DNA of 64,000 bases from an uncultured Actinomycetota bacterium (GCA_963811535.1 CAWERF010000008.1:35703-99702); one strand, 5' to 3'; counted from the first letter of the stretch, positions 1 to 10,242 are shown. Notes: generated by a model from the sequence alone, not told the origin. Numbers and translations: made by a program.

Positions 1-658
1 TCGCCGCCCGATCCGCATTCGCCACTTGAACTAGAGATGCCCCGACGGCGAACACCGCCAGCATGTTGTTCACCAGCTCGTCGTCGCTCGCCCAGGCCGC
101 CGTCGACAACACCCGGTCATCTCCCGTAACACCCTGTGCCGCAGCGGAATCCAGCGCCGCCTTGAGCACGTCGTCGGGTGAACGGCCGGTTAACGCTGGA
201 CCGGGTCGTGCCTCGGCGACGATCTGGTCACCGTGCACGCGCACCGACGTCGCGTAGTCTGTGACGCCCACCGGCAAGTCCGCGACCGGTCTGCCGAACG
301 GGTCGAGCGACAACACCACGACCTCGGCTGCGTCCGCCTCAGGCAGCCGCCCCGCGGTACACATCGCCACGTCGGCATCCGCCGGCGCGCCGATCACCGC
401 CTCGGCGCCGATCCACCAGATCCCCAGCAGCACCGCCGCGGTCTGCCAATGCGCCGGCAACAACACCGCCACCCGGCTGCCTGCGCTCGCCCCCAGCTCG
501 TCGCGCAGCAGGTTGCCCGTCTTGGCCGCCCAGTTGGCCAGCGTCGCCGTCGACAGCTCAATGCGCTCGCCGTTGGTGTCGTCGTAGTAGGTGATGCGAG
601 GACCGGCCGGATCCGTGCGCAGCAGCGGATCCAGGACTGCGGCGGCAAGATTCGTCAC
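1..658 (-). CDS. Rv3268-like conserved protein (TIGR03089 family as I recall), first ~219 codons; 3' end lies beyond the left edge
   Basis: Absent from the ORF track because no stop falls inside the window. Hand translation of the minus strand from GTG 658-656 gives VTNLAAAVLDPLLRTDPAGPRITYYDDTNGERIELSTATLANWAAKTGNLLRDELGASAGSRVAVLLPAHWQTAAVLLGIWWIGAE... It stays open to base 1 and has G/C-rich third positions. The plus-strand ORFs here (63..257, 233..667, 261..587) are S/T/R/A-rich shadows. Confidence 0.5.
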   Translation of the reverse strand, partial: MTNLAAAVLDPLLRTDPAGPRITYYDDTNGERIELSTATLANWAAKTGNLLRDELGASAGSRVAVLLPAHWQTAAVLLGIWWIGAEAVIGAPADADVAMCTAGRLPEADAAEVVVLSLDPFGRPVADLPVGVTDYATSVRVHGDQIVAEARPGPALTGRSPDDVLKAALDSAAAQGVTGDDRVLSTAAWASDDELVNNMLAVFAVGASLVQVANADRAA

Positions 659-659
659 G

Positions 660-2162
660 CTAATTGACGCACTCGGGGTTGTCCGAGCCGGCGGTGAGGA
701 TCGGCGACGGCGGGGGCGCGTTGGAGTCGGTGGGCTCGGCCGCAGCGGTGCTCACCGACGGGGTCGTCGCCGAGTTGTTGCCGTCGAGGCCCGACCCCGG
801 CCCGGTGTAGTCGGCCGCCAGCACCACCCGCACCGTACCCGGCGGCACGCTGGGGTTGGCGACGATCGGCAGCCCGCCCAATTGCTTGGACACCGCCTGC
901 GCGCCGGGGTCGTCGGCCTTGGCGGCCTGAACCTGGCTGCCCGACACGTGACCCGATTCATTGTTACCGATGGTCCCGGTCGTAAAGCCGTTGTTGGTCA
1001 GGACGTCCGACACCGCGGCCGCCAGTCCCCCGATGTCACTGTCGTTGAGCACGTCGGCGGTGGTCTTCGACGGCGTATAGGCCAGCTGTTCAGTCTTGCC
1101 CTGTGCCTGGTCGTTCAGCAGGCCCTTGACCCAATCCTGCACCTGCGCCGGATCGACCCGGACCACGCTTTGCGTGCCGTCATCGCTCCAGCCCGACTCG
1201 TCGAGCACCGGGATCGTGGCGAACGCCACGCTGCCTGTGGCCAGCTTCTGCAGCTGTTTGACGAAATCCATGACGTCCCAGCCCGAGGACAACACCACCG
1301 ACCGCTGGATCGCCTGCTGCAGGCGGTCAAAAGTGGTAGGGCTGGACAGCGTCTTCCCCGAAATGACTTGGTGGGCCAGCGAAGCCATCGCCGCCTGCTG
1401 GCGGACCACCCGGTCGAGGTCGCCGCGCGGCAGGTCGTGGCGCTGGCGCACGAAGCTCAGCGCCTGTGGCCCGTTGAGCTTCTGCCAGCCCGCGGGGAAG
1501 TCTGCGCCTGAAAGCGGCTCGTACACGGCGTCTTTCAGGCAGACGTTGACGCCGCCGACCGCATCGGTGATCAACGCGAAGCCCAACAACCCGATTTCGG
1601 CGTAGTGGTCGACGGTGACCCCGGTGAGGTCGGCGACGGTCTTGATAAGCGCCTCGCGACCCGCTTCCGTGGACCGGGATTCGGCTTCGGCGTCGCTGAC
1701 GCCGGATTCGACGAGCTTGACCCGCTCGGCTTCCTTGGTCTGGCCGTAGACACCGTTGATCTTCGTCTTTCCCAGGCCCGGTGCCTGCACGTAGGAGTCG
1801 CGCGGGATCGAGATCGCGGTGGCCGAGCGCCCGTTGTTCGGGATACGCACCAGGATGATCGTATCGGTGTTGGTTGCAACGTCATCGCCGGCGTGCAGCG
1901 TCGACAATTCCTGCTGCGACAGCGGATTTCCGTGCGCGTCGGTGCGGCTGTCGAGGCCGACCAGAAGGATGTCGATCGCGCCGTCGTCGCCGCCCTTGCC
2001 CAGCAACGGCGTGCTGAATTGGAAGATGCCGTCGTCGAACGAGCGGAGCTTGCCCCACGCCGCCCCGGTGACCACGATGATCGCGATCGCGGCCACGGTG
2101 AGCGCGGCGCGCAGCACGCGCCGTGCGCTCGCGGCCGGAACGGCAGTTGGCGCAGCAGGCAA
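660..2162 (-). CDS. lcp1: LytR-CpsA-Psr (LCP) family cell-wall glycopolymer ligase, Rv3267 orthologue
   Basis: 500-aa ORF with an N-terminal TM helix (LTVAAIAIIVVTGAAW) and an LCP core (ILLVGLDSRTDAHGN, TDTIILVRIP, AISIPRDSY, KINGVYG). Divergent from rmlD as in M. tuberculosis. Confidence 0.88.
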   Translation of the reverse strand: MPAAPTAVPAASARRVLRAALTVAAIAIIVVTGAAWGKLRSFDDGIFQFSTPLLGKGGDDGAIDILLVGLDSRTDAHGNPLSQQELSTLHAGDDVATNTDTIILVRIPNNGRSATAISIPRDSYVQAPGLGKTKINGVYGQTKEAERVKLVESGVSDAEAESRSTEAGREALIKTVADLTGVTVDHYAEIGLLGFALITDAVGGVNVCLKDAVYEPLSGADFPAGWQKLNGPQALSFVRQRHDLPRGDLDRVVRQQAAMASLAHQVISGKTLSSPTTFDRLQQAIQRSVVLSSGWDVMDFVKQLQKLATGSVAFATIPVLDESGWSDDGTQSVVRVDPAQVQDWVKGLLNDQAQGKTEQLAYTPSKTTADVLNDSDIGGLAAAVSDVLTNNGFTTGTIGNNESGHVSGSQVQAAKADDPGAQAVSKQLGGLPIVANPSVPPGTVRVVLAADYTGPGSGLDGNNSATTPSVSTAAAEPTDSNAPPPSPILTAGSDNPECVN

Positions 2163-2257
2163 AAAGAATCCCCTGTCGGTTCTATGGCTTTGACCAGGCT
2201 ACTGGCGAGAGCGCCGGTCTCGTTGTAGCCCGCGCCGGGCGTGCCAGACTCATCGGC

Positions 2258-3109
2258 ATGCCCTCCCAGAGGATCGTGATCACGGGTGCCGGCGGCCAGG
2301 TCGGCGGGTTTCTGGCCGTGGAGGCGGCCCGGCAGGGCCGTGACGTACTGGCCCTGGCCTCGGCGGAGTGGGACATCACCGATGCCAACGCGGCCGCGCG
2401 GTTCGTCAAGCCGGGCGATGTCGTCGTCAATTGCGCTGCGTACACCGCTGTGGACGCCGCCGAAGCCAATGTGGCGCGGGCCCACGCGGTCAACGCCGTC
2501 GGCGCGGGCAACGTCGCGCGGGCGTGTGCCCGCGCGGGAGCCCGAATGATCCACGTCTCCACCGACTACGTCTTCAGCGGCAGCTTCGCGGGTCCCCCGC
2601 GGCCCTATGACCTCGACGACCCGACCGGCCCGCTCAGTGTCTACGGGCTATCCAAGCTCGCCGGCGAGCGCGCCGTCCACGATGAACTGCCGGATGCTCA
2701 CGTGATCCGGACGTCGTGGGTCTACAGCGGGGTCGGCGGCGACTTCGTCGCAACGATGCGCCGGCTGGCCGAGGGCGACGGGCCGGTGGACGTGGTCACC
2801 GACGAGGTCGGATCGCCCACCTATGTCGCCGACCTGGTCGGCGCGCTGCTGCAACTCGCTGACGGCGGAATAGCCGCGCCGTTGCTGCACGCGGCGAACG
2901 GCGGTGCGGCCAGCCGGTTCGAGCAGGCCCGCGCGGTGTTCGAGGACATCGGCGCCGACCCGCAGCGGGTCCGCCCGGTCGGCAGCGACAAGCACCCACG
3001 GCCCGCCCCGCGACCGCCCTACTCCGCGCTGTCGGCGCGCCAGTCCGCGCAGGCCGGCTTGACCCCGCTGCGGCCGTGGCGCGACGCGCTGGCCGCCGCG
3101 CTGCGCTGA
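2258..3109 (+). CDS. rmlD: dTDP-4-dehydrorhamnose reductase
   Basis: The ORF 2123..3109 was trimmed to the ATG at 2258 (MPSQRIVITGAGGQVG, a Rossmann motif). Contains STDYVF and the PTYVADL region typical of RmlD. Position matches Rv3266c. Confidence 0.9.
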   Translation: MPSQRIVITGAGGQVGGFLAVEAARQGRDVLALASAEWDITDANAAARFVKPGDVVVNCAAYTAVDAAEANVARAHAVNAVGAGNVARACARAGARMIHVSTDYVFSGSFAGPPRPYDLDDPTGPLSVYGLSKLAGERAVHDELPDAHVIRTSWVYSGVGGDFVATMRRLAEGDGPVDVVTDEVGSPTYVADLVGALLQLADGGIAAPLLHAANGGAASRFEQARAVFEDIGADPQRVRPVGSDKHPRPAPRPPYSALSARQSAQAGLTPLRPWRDALAAALR

Positions 3110-3789
3110 TGGTATGGCTGCTACTGCACGGCACGCCGCTCAGCCCCGAAGTATGGGACGACGTGCGCCCGCACCTGCCGGGTGACGCTGCGGTCCCAGA
3201 CCTCAACGAGCTGGTTCCCGCGGCCGGGCCGGTGCAGCAGCGGGTGGCGGCCGCGGTGCTTGCGGGCCTGCCCGACGGCGACCTCGTGGTCGTCGGCCAC
3301 TCCTTCGGCGGTCAGGTCGCCATCGAGGTCGCGCTGCGGGCGCCCCATCGCGTGGCGCGATTGATCATCGTCTGCAGCCGTCACACCCCGTTTCCGGCCT
3401 TCGCGCACGGCGCGCGCAGCGTACGGGCCGGCGAACCGTTCGACGTCGACGCGGACCTTCGGCGCTGGTTCACCCCGGCCGACCTCGCCACCGACCCGCC
3501 GGTGATCACGTACCTGCGCCGCCGGGTCGCCACCGCGCCGCGCGGCCCGTGGGCGGCGTCGCTGGACGCGATCGCCCACTACGATCGATCGTCGGCCGTC
3601 GGGCGCATCGCGGTGCCGACGCGGCTGTTGGCGGCCGGCCACGACGAGGTGGCGCCGCCGGAGGTGATGGCGGAGATGGCCGACGCGGTGCCCGGCGCGC
3701 GGCTGCGGGTCGTCGCCGGATGGGCGCACATGTCGCCGTTCGCCGCTCCTGCCGCGTTCGCCGCCACGCTGCGAGAAGCTGCGGACTAA
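3109..3789 (+). CDS. alpha/beta-fold hydrolase
   Basis: The ORF 3076..3789 was trimmed to the ATG at 3109 (MVWLLLHGTPLSPEVW). Nucleophile elbow GHSFGG and a C-terminal His (GWAHM). Its start overlaps the rmlD stop (TGATG). Confidence 0.75.
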   Translation: MVWLLLHGTPLSPEVWDDVRPHLPGDAAVPDLNELVPAAGPVQQRVAAAVLAGLPDGDLVVVGHSFGGQVAIEVALRAPHRVARLIIVCSRHTPFPAFAHGARSVRAGEPFDVDADLRRWFTPADLATDPPVITYLRRRVATAPRGPWAASLDAIAHYDRSSAVGRIAVPTRLLAAGHDEVAPPEVMAEMADAVPGARLRVVAGWAHMSPFAAPAAFAATLREAAD

Positions 3790-3810
3790 CTGACCGTTAC
3801 CCTCTACGCC

Positions 3811-4695
3811 GTGAGTGACAAACTGGTCGTGGTGACGGTGACGTACTCACCTGGTCCGCACCTGGGTCGGTTCCTGGCCACGCTGTCACATGCCACCGAC
3901 CGGCACGTCAGCGTGATCATTGCCGACAACGGGTCCACCGACGGCAGCCCGGAAGCGGCCCTGGAGGACTTTCCGAATACCCGGTTGCTGAGCACGGGCG
4001 CCAACCTCGGCTACGGCACCGCGGTCAACCGGGCCGTCGCGGAATTGTCTGCGAACCCCGACTGCTCCGATCTCTTCGTCGTGGCCAATCCGGACGTCCA
4101 GTGGGGCCCCGGCAGCATCGACCTGCTGCTGGAAGCCGCAGGCCGGTGGCCCCGCGCCGGCGCGCTCGGGCCGCTGATCCGCGACCCCGACGGCTCGGTC
4201 TACCCCTCGGCCCGGCACGTGCCGAGCGTGATCCGCGGCGGGATGCACGCGGTCATCGGCCCGTTCTGGAAGAATAACCCGTGGACGTCGGCGTATCGCC
4301 AGGACCGGCTCGAACCCACAGAGCGGCCGGTCGGCTGGCTGTCCGGCTCGTGTCTGCTGCTGCGCCGCGCCGCGTTCGACGAGGTCTGCGGGTTCGACGA
4401 GCGCTACTTCATGTACATGGAAGACGTCGACCTCGGCGACCGGCTGGCCAAGGCCGGCTGGCAGAACGTCTACGTGCCCTCGTCGGAGATCCTGCACGAC
4501 AAGGGCCACGCGACCGGGCGTGATCCTGCCCAAAACCTCGCCGCCCACCACGCCAGCACCTACATTTACCTTGCCGACCGGTATGCCCGGTGGTGGCAGG
4601 CGCCGCTGCGCTGGGCGATGAGAAGCGCCCTTGCGGTGCGCGCCCGCCTGGTGGTCCGGGGTTCTCGGCGGAGGCTGGCGAAAGGACGGAAGTGA
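3811..4695 (+). CDS. wbbL: GT2 family dTDP-rhamnosyltransferase (WbbL-type, arabinogalactan linker unit)
   Basis: 294 aa. GT-A motifs VVVTVTYSPG, IADNGSTDGS and YMEDVDL. Position matches Rv3265c. Confidence 0.85.
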   Translation: MSDKLVVVTVTYSPGPHLGRFLATLSHATDRHVSVIIADNGSTDGSPEAALEDFPNTRLLSTGANLGYGTAVNRAVAELSANPDCSDLFVVANPDVQWGPGSIDLLLEAAGRWPRAGALGPLIRDPDGSVYPSARHVPSVIRGGMHAVIGPFWKNNPWTSAYRQDRLEPTERPVGWLSGSCLLLRRAAFDEVCGFDERYFMYMEDVDLGDRLAKAGWQNVYVPSSEILHDKGHATGRDPAQNLAAHHASTYIYLADRYARWWQAPLRWAMRSALAVRARLVVRGSRRRLAKGRK

Positions 4696-5771
4696 CAGAT
4701 CCCTCGAAGATCGACGCCGTCGTCCTGGTCGGTGGGCAGGGCACCCGGCTGCGGCCGCTGACCCTGTCGGCGCCCAAGCCGATGCTGCCGATTGCCGGGC
4801 TGCCGTTCCTGACCCACCTGTTGTCGCGGATCGCGGCGGCCGGCATCGAGCATGTGGTCATGGGCACCTCCTACAAGGCGGAGGTGTTCGAGCCGGAATT
4901 CGGTGACGGGTCCAAGCTCGGGCTGCAGATCGACTACGTCACCGAGTCCGAGCCGCTGGGTACGGGCGGCGCGATCGCCAACGTCTCCGACAAGCTGCGC
5001 CACGACACGGTGATGGTCTTCAACGGCGACGTGTTGTCGGGCGCCGATCTCGGTGCACTGCTCGACACCCACCACAGCAAATCGGCCGACCTCACGCTGC
5101 ACCTGGTTCGGGTCGGGGACCCGCGGGCGTACGGCTGCGTGCCGACCGACGACGACGGCACCGTGAACGCGTTCCTGGAGAAGACCCAGGACCCGCCGAC
5201 CGACCAGATCAACGCCGGCTGCTACGTGTTCAAGCGGCCGCTGATCGACAAGATCCCACGGGGTCGCTCGGTTTCGGTCGAGCGGGAAGTGTTCCCGGCG
5301 CTTCTGTCCGAGGGTGTGCGGGTATGCGGGTACGTCGACGCGACGTACTGGCGTGACATGGGCACGCCCGAGGACTTCGTGCGCGGGTCGGCCGATCTGG
5401 TCCGCGGCATCGCGCCGTCACCAGCGCTCGCCGGGCAACACGGCGAGAAGCTGGTGCACGACGGGGCCGCGGTGGCCCCTGGCGCGCTGCTGATCGGCGG
5501 GACGGCCGTCGGCCGCGGCGCCGAGATCGGTCCAGGCGCACGGCTGGACGGCGCGATCATCTTCGACGGGGTGAAGGTCGAGGCCGGATCGGTGATCGAG
5601 CGGTCGATCATCGGCTTCGGCGCCCGGATCGGGCCGCGGGCGCTGATCCGCGACGGCGTGATCGGCGACGGCGCCGACATCGGCGCCCGCTGCGAGCTAC
5701 TGCGCGGTGCCCGGGTCTGGCCGGGGGTGACGATTCCCGACGGCGGGATCCGCTACTCCACCGACGTCTGA
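4692..5771 (+). CDS. manB: mannose-1-phosphate guanylyltransferase (GDP-mannose pyrophosphorylase), Rv3264c orthologue
   Basis: The ORF 4590..5771 was trimmed to the GTG at 4692, which overlaps the wbbL stop (GTGA). Nucleotidyltransferase loop VVLVGGQGTRLRPLT and a C-terminal hexapeptide-repeat beta-helix (GAEIGPGARLDGAIIFDGVKV...). Confidence 0.88.
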   Translation: MTDPSKIDAVVLVGGQGTRLRPLTLSAPKPMLPIAGLPFLTHLLSRIAAAGIEHVVMGTSYKAEVFEPEFGDGSKLGLQIDYVTESEPLGTGGAIANVSDKLRHDTVMVFNGDVLSGADLGALLDTHHSKSADLTLHLVRVGDPRAYGCVPTDDDGTVNAFLEKTQDPPTDQINAGCYVFKRPLIDKIPRGRSVSVEREVFPALLSEGVRVCGYVDATYWRDMGTPEDFVRGSADLVRGIAPSPALAGQHGEKLVHDGAAVAPGALLIGGTAVGRGAEIGPGARLDGAIIFDGVKVEAGSVIERSIIGFGARIGPRALIRDGVIGDGADIGARCELLRGARVWPGVTIPDGGIRYSTDV

Positions 5772-6313
5772 GCCGCGATGCGGCGGCGCGCGAACGAAAC
5801 CAGTTGCGCCAGCGCCTGATCCGAGTTCTCCGGTAACCCGTCGAGCGGCCACCAGCGAAGGTCCAAGGACTCGTCGCTGACTTCGATCGAGGCATCGGGC
5901 GGGGCATACGCGACGAACTGAAGATCGAGGTGACGGGTTGGCACGCCGAGCGAGCAGGTGATCGGGTGGACGTGAATGGCGACGAGATCGGGATCGACGT
6001 CCAGGTCGCCGATTCCGGACTCTTCGATGGCCTCCCGCTGCGCCGCCGCGACGATGTGACTGTCCCCGGTCTCGCAGTGCCCGCCCAGCTGCACCCACCG
6101 GCCCAGCCGCGGATGCAGTGTCAGCAGTGCCTGGGTCCTGGTGCTGTCGATCACCAGAGCCGACGCGGTGACATGGCCGGGCACACAGTCCCGCTTGCAT
6201 GAGTCGTCACGGCCCAGCACGAACGCGAGCACGCCCTCGCGCAGCGCTGCCTGAGCGAGACCCGGTGCCGGCCAGCCGGTCAGGGTCTCGATCACCGAAT
6301 TGCGGACGCTCAT
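5753..6313 (-). CDS. NUDIX hydrolase
   Basis: 186 aa. Variant Nudix box [25 protein letters not shown]. Its start overlaps the fbiB stop by 4 nt, and its 3' end overlaps the convergent manB by 19 nt. Confidence 0.75.
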   Translation of the reverse strand: MSVRNSVIETLTGWPAPGLAQAALREGVLAFVLGRDDSCKRDCVPGHVTASALVIDSTRTQALLTLHPRLGRWVQLGGHCETGDSHIVAAAQREAIEESGIGDLDVDPDLVAIHVHPITCSLGVPTRHLDLQFVAYAPPDASIEVSDESLDLRWWPLDGLPENSDQALAQLVSFARRRIAAQTSVE

Positions 6314-7653
6314 TTCTGCACCAGCAGGTCGTCGGTCGGCGCGGGATCACGCGGCGGCGTGTGCTCGTCGGGATAGCCGATGGCCACGGCGCCCAGCGGC
6401 TCCCAGTCGGCGGGCAGCCCCAGTTCGGCGCGGACCAGGTCGGCGGCGAAGATCGTCGAGCCCACCCAGCAGCTGCCCAGCCCCCGGACCGCGAGCGCAA
6501 CCAGCAGTCCCTGCACGGCGGCGCCGACCGCGACGGTGAACATCGTGTGCTCGGCTGCGGTGCGCGCGGCGTCGGGGTAGCTGTGCGCGCCATCGGGAAC
6601 CAGGAACGGGATGACCAACTCCGGTGCGTCGTAGAGAATTTGGCCGCGGGCGACCCGGGCCTCGACTGCCCGCGGCGACTTTCCGTCACCGGACAGGTCG
6701 GCGCGCCAGCGGTCTTTCATCCGGTCCAGCAGCGCAATGCGCCGCTCGGTTGTGCGCAACCACACGAAGCGCACCGGTCGAGTGTGGTGCGGGGCAGGCG
6801 CGGTGAGCGCGTCGGCCACCGAATCCTCGACGAGTTCCGGTGATACGGGCGTCGGGGCGAAGCGGCGAACGGAGCGACGCATCAGCAGCGCCTGCCGTCG
6901 GCCGAGCGACAGCGCCTCCTCGGTGCCGAGCCAGAACAGGTCTTCCTCGCCGGGCCGCAACAGGGCACGCGCGGTGGACCCGTCGTCTCGCACCGCCAGC
7001 CCACGCACGACGGCCACCGGTATCCCGGTCAGCTTTCCCTTGACAAGGTCGGCGGCGGCTGCGATTTCGTCGGCAATCGCGACCTCGGTGACCAGCAGCT
7101 CGTTGCCGTGCACATCATGGAGGCCCGCGTAGGCGTGCAACACCTCGAGGCCTGCCGCGCCGATAGCGGTGTCCGTCTGGCCGTTGCGCCAGGCGCGGCC
7201 CATCGTGTCGGTGATCAGCACGGCAACGGTCACGCCGAGGCGTTCTCGCAACCGGGCGCGCAACGTCGCGGCGCTGGCGTCGGGGTTGACGGGCAGCAGT
7301 GCGAGTTCTGTTGAGCCGACGTTGGATCCGTCCACGCCGGCCGCCGCCTGCACCAGCCCGAGCGCGTTCTGGGTGATCAGCGTCTTGCCCTTGCGCGCCA
7401 GCACCCGCACCGCCTCGGCGTCGATAAGCTTGCGCCGCAACTCGTCTCGTGCATCGGGATCGGCGGGTGCTGGCACCACCCGGCCTTCGCACTTGGACAC
7501 CACCTTGCTGGTGACCACGACGACGTCGCCGTCGCGCAGCCATGGCGCGGAGGTGGCCAGCGCGTCCGCCAGGTCGTCACCGGGCCGGAATTCCGGCAGG
7601 CCTGCCACGGGCAGCAGTTCGACCGTGGCACCGGAGCCGTGGTCGCCGGTCAC
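6310..7653 (-). CDS. fbiB: bifunctional F420 biosynthesis protein FbiB (gamma-glutamyl ligase plus nitroreductase-like domain)
   Basis: The ORF 6310..7884 was trimmed to the GTG at 7653, which overlaps the fbiA stop (GTGA). From [27 protein letters not shown] onward it is nearly colinear with my recollection of M. tuberculosis FbiB. Confidence 0.9.
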   Translation of the reverse strand: MTGDHGSGATVELLPVAGLPEFRPGDDLADALATSAPWLRDGDVVVVTSKVVSKCEGRVVPAPADPDARDELRRKLIDAEAVRVLARKGKTLITQNALGLVQAAAGVDGSNVGSTELALLPVNPDASAATLRARLRERLGVTVAVLITDTMGRAWRNGQTDTAIGAAGLEVLHAYAGLHDVHGNELLVTEVAIADEIAAAADLVKGKLTGIPVAVVRGLAVRDDGSTARALLRPGEEDLFWLGTEEALSLGRRQALLMRRSVRRFAPTPVSPELVEDSVADALTAPAPHHTRPVRFVWLRTTERRIALLDRMKDRWRADLSGDGKSPRAVEARVARGQILYDAPELVIPFLVPDGAHSYPDAARTAAEHTMFTVAVGAAVQGLLVALAVRGLGSCWVGSTIFAADLVRAELGLPADWEPLGAVAIGYPDEHTPPRDPAPTDDLLVQK

Positions 7654-8654
7654 GATCGCGGGCCCATCGTCAGCCCGGCCAGATCCAGACCGCCGCGGAC
7701 CATCGCGGCGGTGGCATCGGGGTCGCTCATCAACAGCGGACCCGATCTCACCGTGACGCCCGGGATCTCGGCGTGATCGCCCTCGTTGATCAGCCACCCG
7801 TCGAGCAGCCCGACGCCGGCGCGGGCGCCGTAGTATCCGCCGACGCCTTCGGACGTCGTCGCGACCCCGATGACCCGAAGGCATTCATCGGCCATGCCGC
7901 GCAACGGCTTTCCGGCCACGATGGGGGAGTAGCCGATCACCGGGGCCGACGTCGAGCGCAATGCACCGCGGATGCCGGTAATGGCCAGGATCGCGCCGAT
8001 GCTGACGACCGGGTTGGACGGCGCGAAGAACACCACGTCCGCGTGGGCGATCGCGCCGGTGACCCCGGGGCCCGCGGCGGCCTTGTCGGCGCCGATGAAC
8101 GCGAAGCTGTGCGTGGCTACCTGCGCCCGGTACCGCACCCACCACTCCTGGAAGTGGATCGCGCGCCGCGCCCCGTCGCCCGGATCGGTGATGACGACGT
8201 GGGTTTCACTGCGGTCGTCGCTGGCGGGCAGCAGCCGCGCGCCGGGCGACCACCGGGCGCACAGCGCCTCGGTGACTTGTGACAGCGGATAGCCCGCCCG
8301 CAGCATCTGGCTGCGCACCAGGTGCGTGGCCAGGTCGCGGTCGCCCAGCCCGAACCAGTCGGGCTGCGCGTTGTAGTTCGCCAATTCCTCCATGGCGTGC
8401 CAGGTTTCGTCCCGGTGCCCCCAGCCCCGCTCGGGATCGATGCCGCCGCCCAAGGTGTACATGCAGGTGTCGAGGTCTGGGCAGATACGCACACCGTGCA
8501 TCCATGCGTCATCGCCGATGTTGACTATCGCCGTCAACTCGTGACCGGCGGCGCCGTCGGAGGGGTCAGCGAACTGACCCAGGCCGAGCAGTCTCTGCAC
8601 ACCCAGCAGGAACCGCGCGCCCCCGACGCCGCCGACCAGAACGGTGACCTTCAC
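7650..8654 (-). CDS. fbiA: 2-phospho-L-lactate (EPPG/LPPG):FO transferase FbiA/CofD
   Basis: 334 aa. N-terminal CofD motif [18 protein letters not shown]. Directly upstream of fbiB. Confidence 0.9.
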   Translation of the reverse strand: MKVTVLVGGVGGARFLLGVQRLLGLGQFADPSDGAAGHELTAIVNIGDDAWMHGVRICPDLDTCMYTLGGGIDPERGWGHRDETWHAMEELANYNAQPDWFGLGDRDLATHLVRSQMLRAGYPLSQVTEALCARWSPGARLLPASDDRSETHVVITDPGDGARRAIHFQEWWVRYRAQVATHSFAFIGADKAAAGPGVTGAIAHADVVFFAPSNPVVSIGAILAITGIRGALRSTSAPVIGYSPIVAGKPLRGMADECLRVIGVATTSEGVGGYYGARAGVGLLDGWLINEGDHAEIPGVTVRSGPLLMSDPDATAAMVRGGLDLAGLTMGPRS

Positions 8655-8938
8655 ACCGACCGACCCTAAGCCTTCCGCCCGATCGACGTTCGGTTCGGTC
8701 CGTCATGCGACACGCCGCGACCGCGACGCGCCGAAATTGTTATCACAAAATGGTATGAATTCTGGTTCTAGTGCTTGACCGGGGCAGCTAACACGTGTGT
8801 AATCACATCAGTGTCATTCCCGGTTCGCCAACCGTTTTTGGTGTCGCAGACCGAGATTCGATCACTTGTTCGAATTGAGTCTGAATAGTGGACGGCATTC
8901 CACGAGAACATCTGTGATGACCAGGTTAGGAGGCGGAG

Positions 8939-9289
8939 ATGCCCTATTGGAGCGCGATGGGCAGCACACCGCACACCAACACCGGCGCGGTGACGGGAAC
9001 GACAAAACGTGCCCATTTGTCTTTGGTGCCGGACAGTTTCGCGAGTTTCGCACTCGCACCGGCAACCACCGACGATCAGTGGCAAGAGCGTGCGTTGTGC
9101 GCTCAGACGGATCCGGAGGCGTTTTTCCCCGAGAAGGGCGGCTCCACCCGCGAGGCCAAGCGGATCTGCCTGGGTTGCGAGGTGCGTGACGCGTGCCTGG
9201 AATACGCGCTCGCGCACGACGAGCGCTTCGGGATCTGGGGCGGGCTCTCCGAGCGGGAGCGTCGCCGCCTCAAGCGCGGCATCGGCTAG
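8939..9289 (+). CDS. whiB2: WhiB-family Fe-S redox transcription factor WhiB2
   Basis: C-terminal 75 aa DQWQERALCAQTDPEAFFPEKGGSTREAKRICLGCEVRDACLEYALAHDERFGIWGGLSERERRRLKRG carry the four Cys and the GIWGG turn. The true start is uncertain; internal ATG/GTG codons are possible. Confidence 0.85.
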   Translation: MPYWSAMGSTPHTNTGAVTGTTKRAHLSLVPDSFASFALAPATTDDQWQERALCAQTDPEAFFPEKGGSTREAKRICLGCEVRDACLEYALAHDERFGIWGGLSERERRRLKRGIG

Positions 9290-9298
9290 GAGCGCCAT

Positions 9299-9754
9299 TC
9301 ATTCGTCGTCGATCGAAGGGTCGATGACCGAGGGTTCAACGCCCAGATACGTGGCCACCTGAGCCACCAGCAATTCATGCAATAGTTCGGCAAGTTCTTC
9401 GATGTCTTTGGCGCGCCGCTCGATTGGCTTGCGGAACAACACAATTCGCGCCCGAGTCGTGTTGCCGCGGATGTCGACACCCGCGGGAATGAGCCGGGCG
9501 AGCGCGATCGGCCCATCGGCCACCACCTCGGGCGGCCACTGCACGCTTTCGGGGTCCTTCGGTGAGATGCGGGGGATCTCGTCGACCGCCACGTCCAGCC
9601 CGCCGACCCGTTCCCGCCACCGCTGCTCGATCGGCTCATAGGCCTCCAGCACCGCCATGTCGAACCGCTCGGCGCGGGTACGCCAGCCCGGCACGGTCGG
9701 CGGAAGTAGCGGCCCGCGCATTTCCCGCCTGCGGGGACTGCGTGAACGGGCCAT
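9299..9754 (-). CDS. Rv3259-like conserved protein (zincin-like / DUF1025-type family)
   Basis: The ORF 9299..9955 was trimmed to the ATG at 9754 (MARSRSPRRREMRGPLLPPTVPGWRTRAERFD...). No canonical HExxH is visible (LLHELLV only), so peptidase activity is not supported by the sequence. Confidence 0.55.
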   Translation of the reverse strand: MARSRSPRRREMRGPLLPPTVPGWRTRAERFDMAVLEAYEPIEQRWRERVGGLDVAVDEIPRISPKDPESVQWPPEVVADGPIALARLIPAGVDIRGNTTRARIVLFRKPIERRAKDIEELAELLHELLVAQVATYLGVEPSVIDPSIDDE

Positions 9755-9843
9755 CCGCGGATCGTAACGGTTGAGGATCTTCTCGGTTCGGGGCTGAGCG
9801 TGTCCGGCGCAGTCACGGGTTTGCGCACGATAGCCTCTCCGAC

Positions 9844-10242
9844 GTGAACGTTCCCCGTCGCTGTTGCCGGCCCGGGTGTCCGCACTACGCGGTCGCGACG
9901 CTGACGTTCGTCTACTCGGACTCGACGGCGGTTGTCGGACCGCTGGCCACCGCACGCGAACCGCACTCGTGGGACCTGTGCGTGTCCCACGCCGGTCGGA
10001 TCACCGCGCCACGCGGCTGGGAACTCGTCCGCCACGCCGGGCCGCTGCCCAACAACCCCGACGAGGACGATCTCGTCGCGCTGGCCGACGCCGTTCGGGA
10101 AGGCCGCGACGGCGTCGTGCTCGGCAGCGCCGCACTGGACGACTTGTCGGATCCGGCCAACGGGACGCCGTTCGAGCCGCAGCCCGCGCCGAGCGGACGG
10201 CGGCGTGGGCATCTGCGCGTGCTGCCCGATCCGCCCCGGTAG
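9844..10242 (+). CDS. DUF3499-family protein (Rv3258c-like)
   Basis: 132 aa. N-terminal Cys cluster RRCCRPGCPHYAVATLTFVY and the WDLCVSHA motif typical of the family. Confidence 0.7.
   Translation: MNVPRRCCRPGCPHYAVATLTFVYSDSTAVVGPLATAREPHSWDLCVSHAGRITAPRGWELVRHAGPLPNNPDEDDLVALADAVREGRDGVVLGSAALDDLSDPANGTPFEPQPAPSGRRRGHLRVLPDPPR

Noticed and set aside
6310-7884. Long N-terminal extensions of many track ORFs (for example fbiB 524 aa, entC 483 aa, gpm2 414 aa, sigH 265 aa, aroA 449 aa).
   Set aside because: The extensions are Arg/Pro-rich, overlap the upstream gene and disappear when the start is moved to the ATG/GTG/TTG that overlaps the upstream stop (GTGA/ATGA/TTGA coupling). They were trimmed accordingly.
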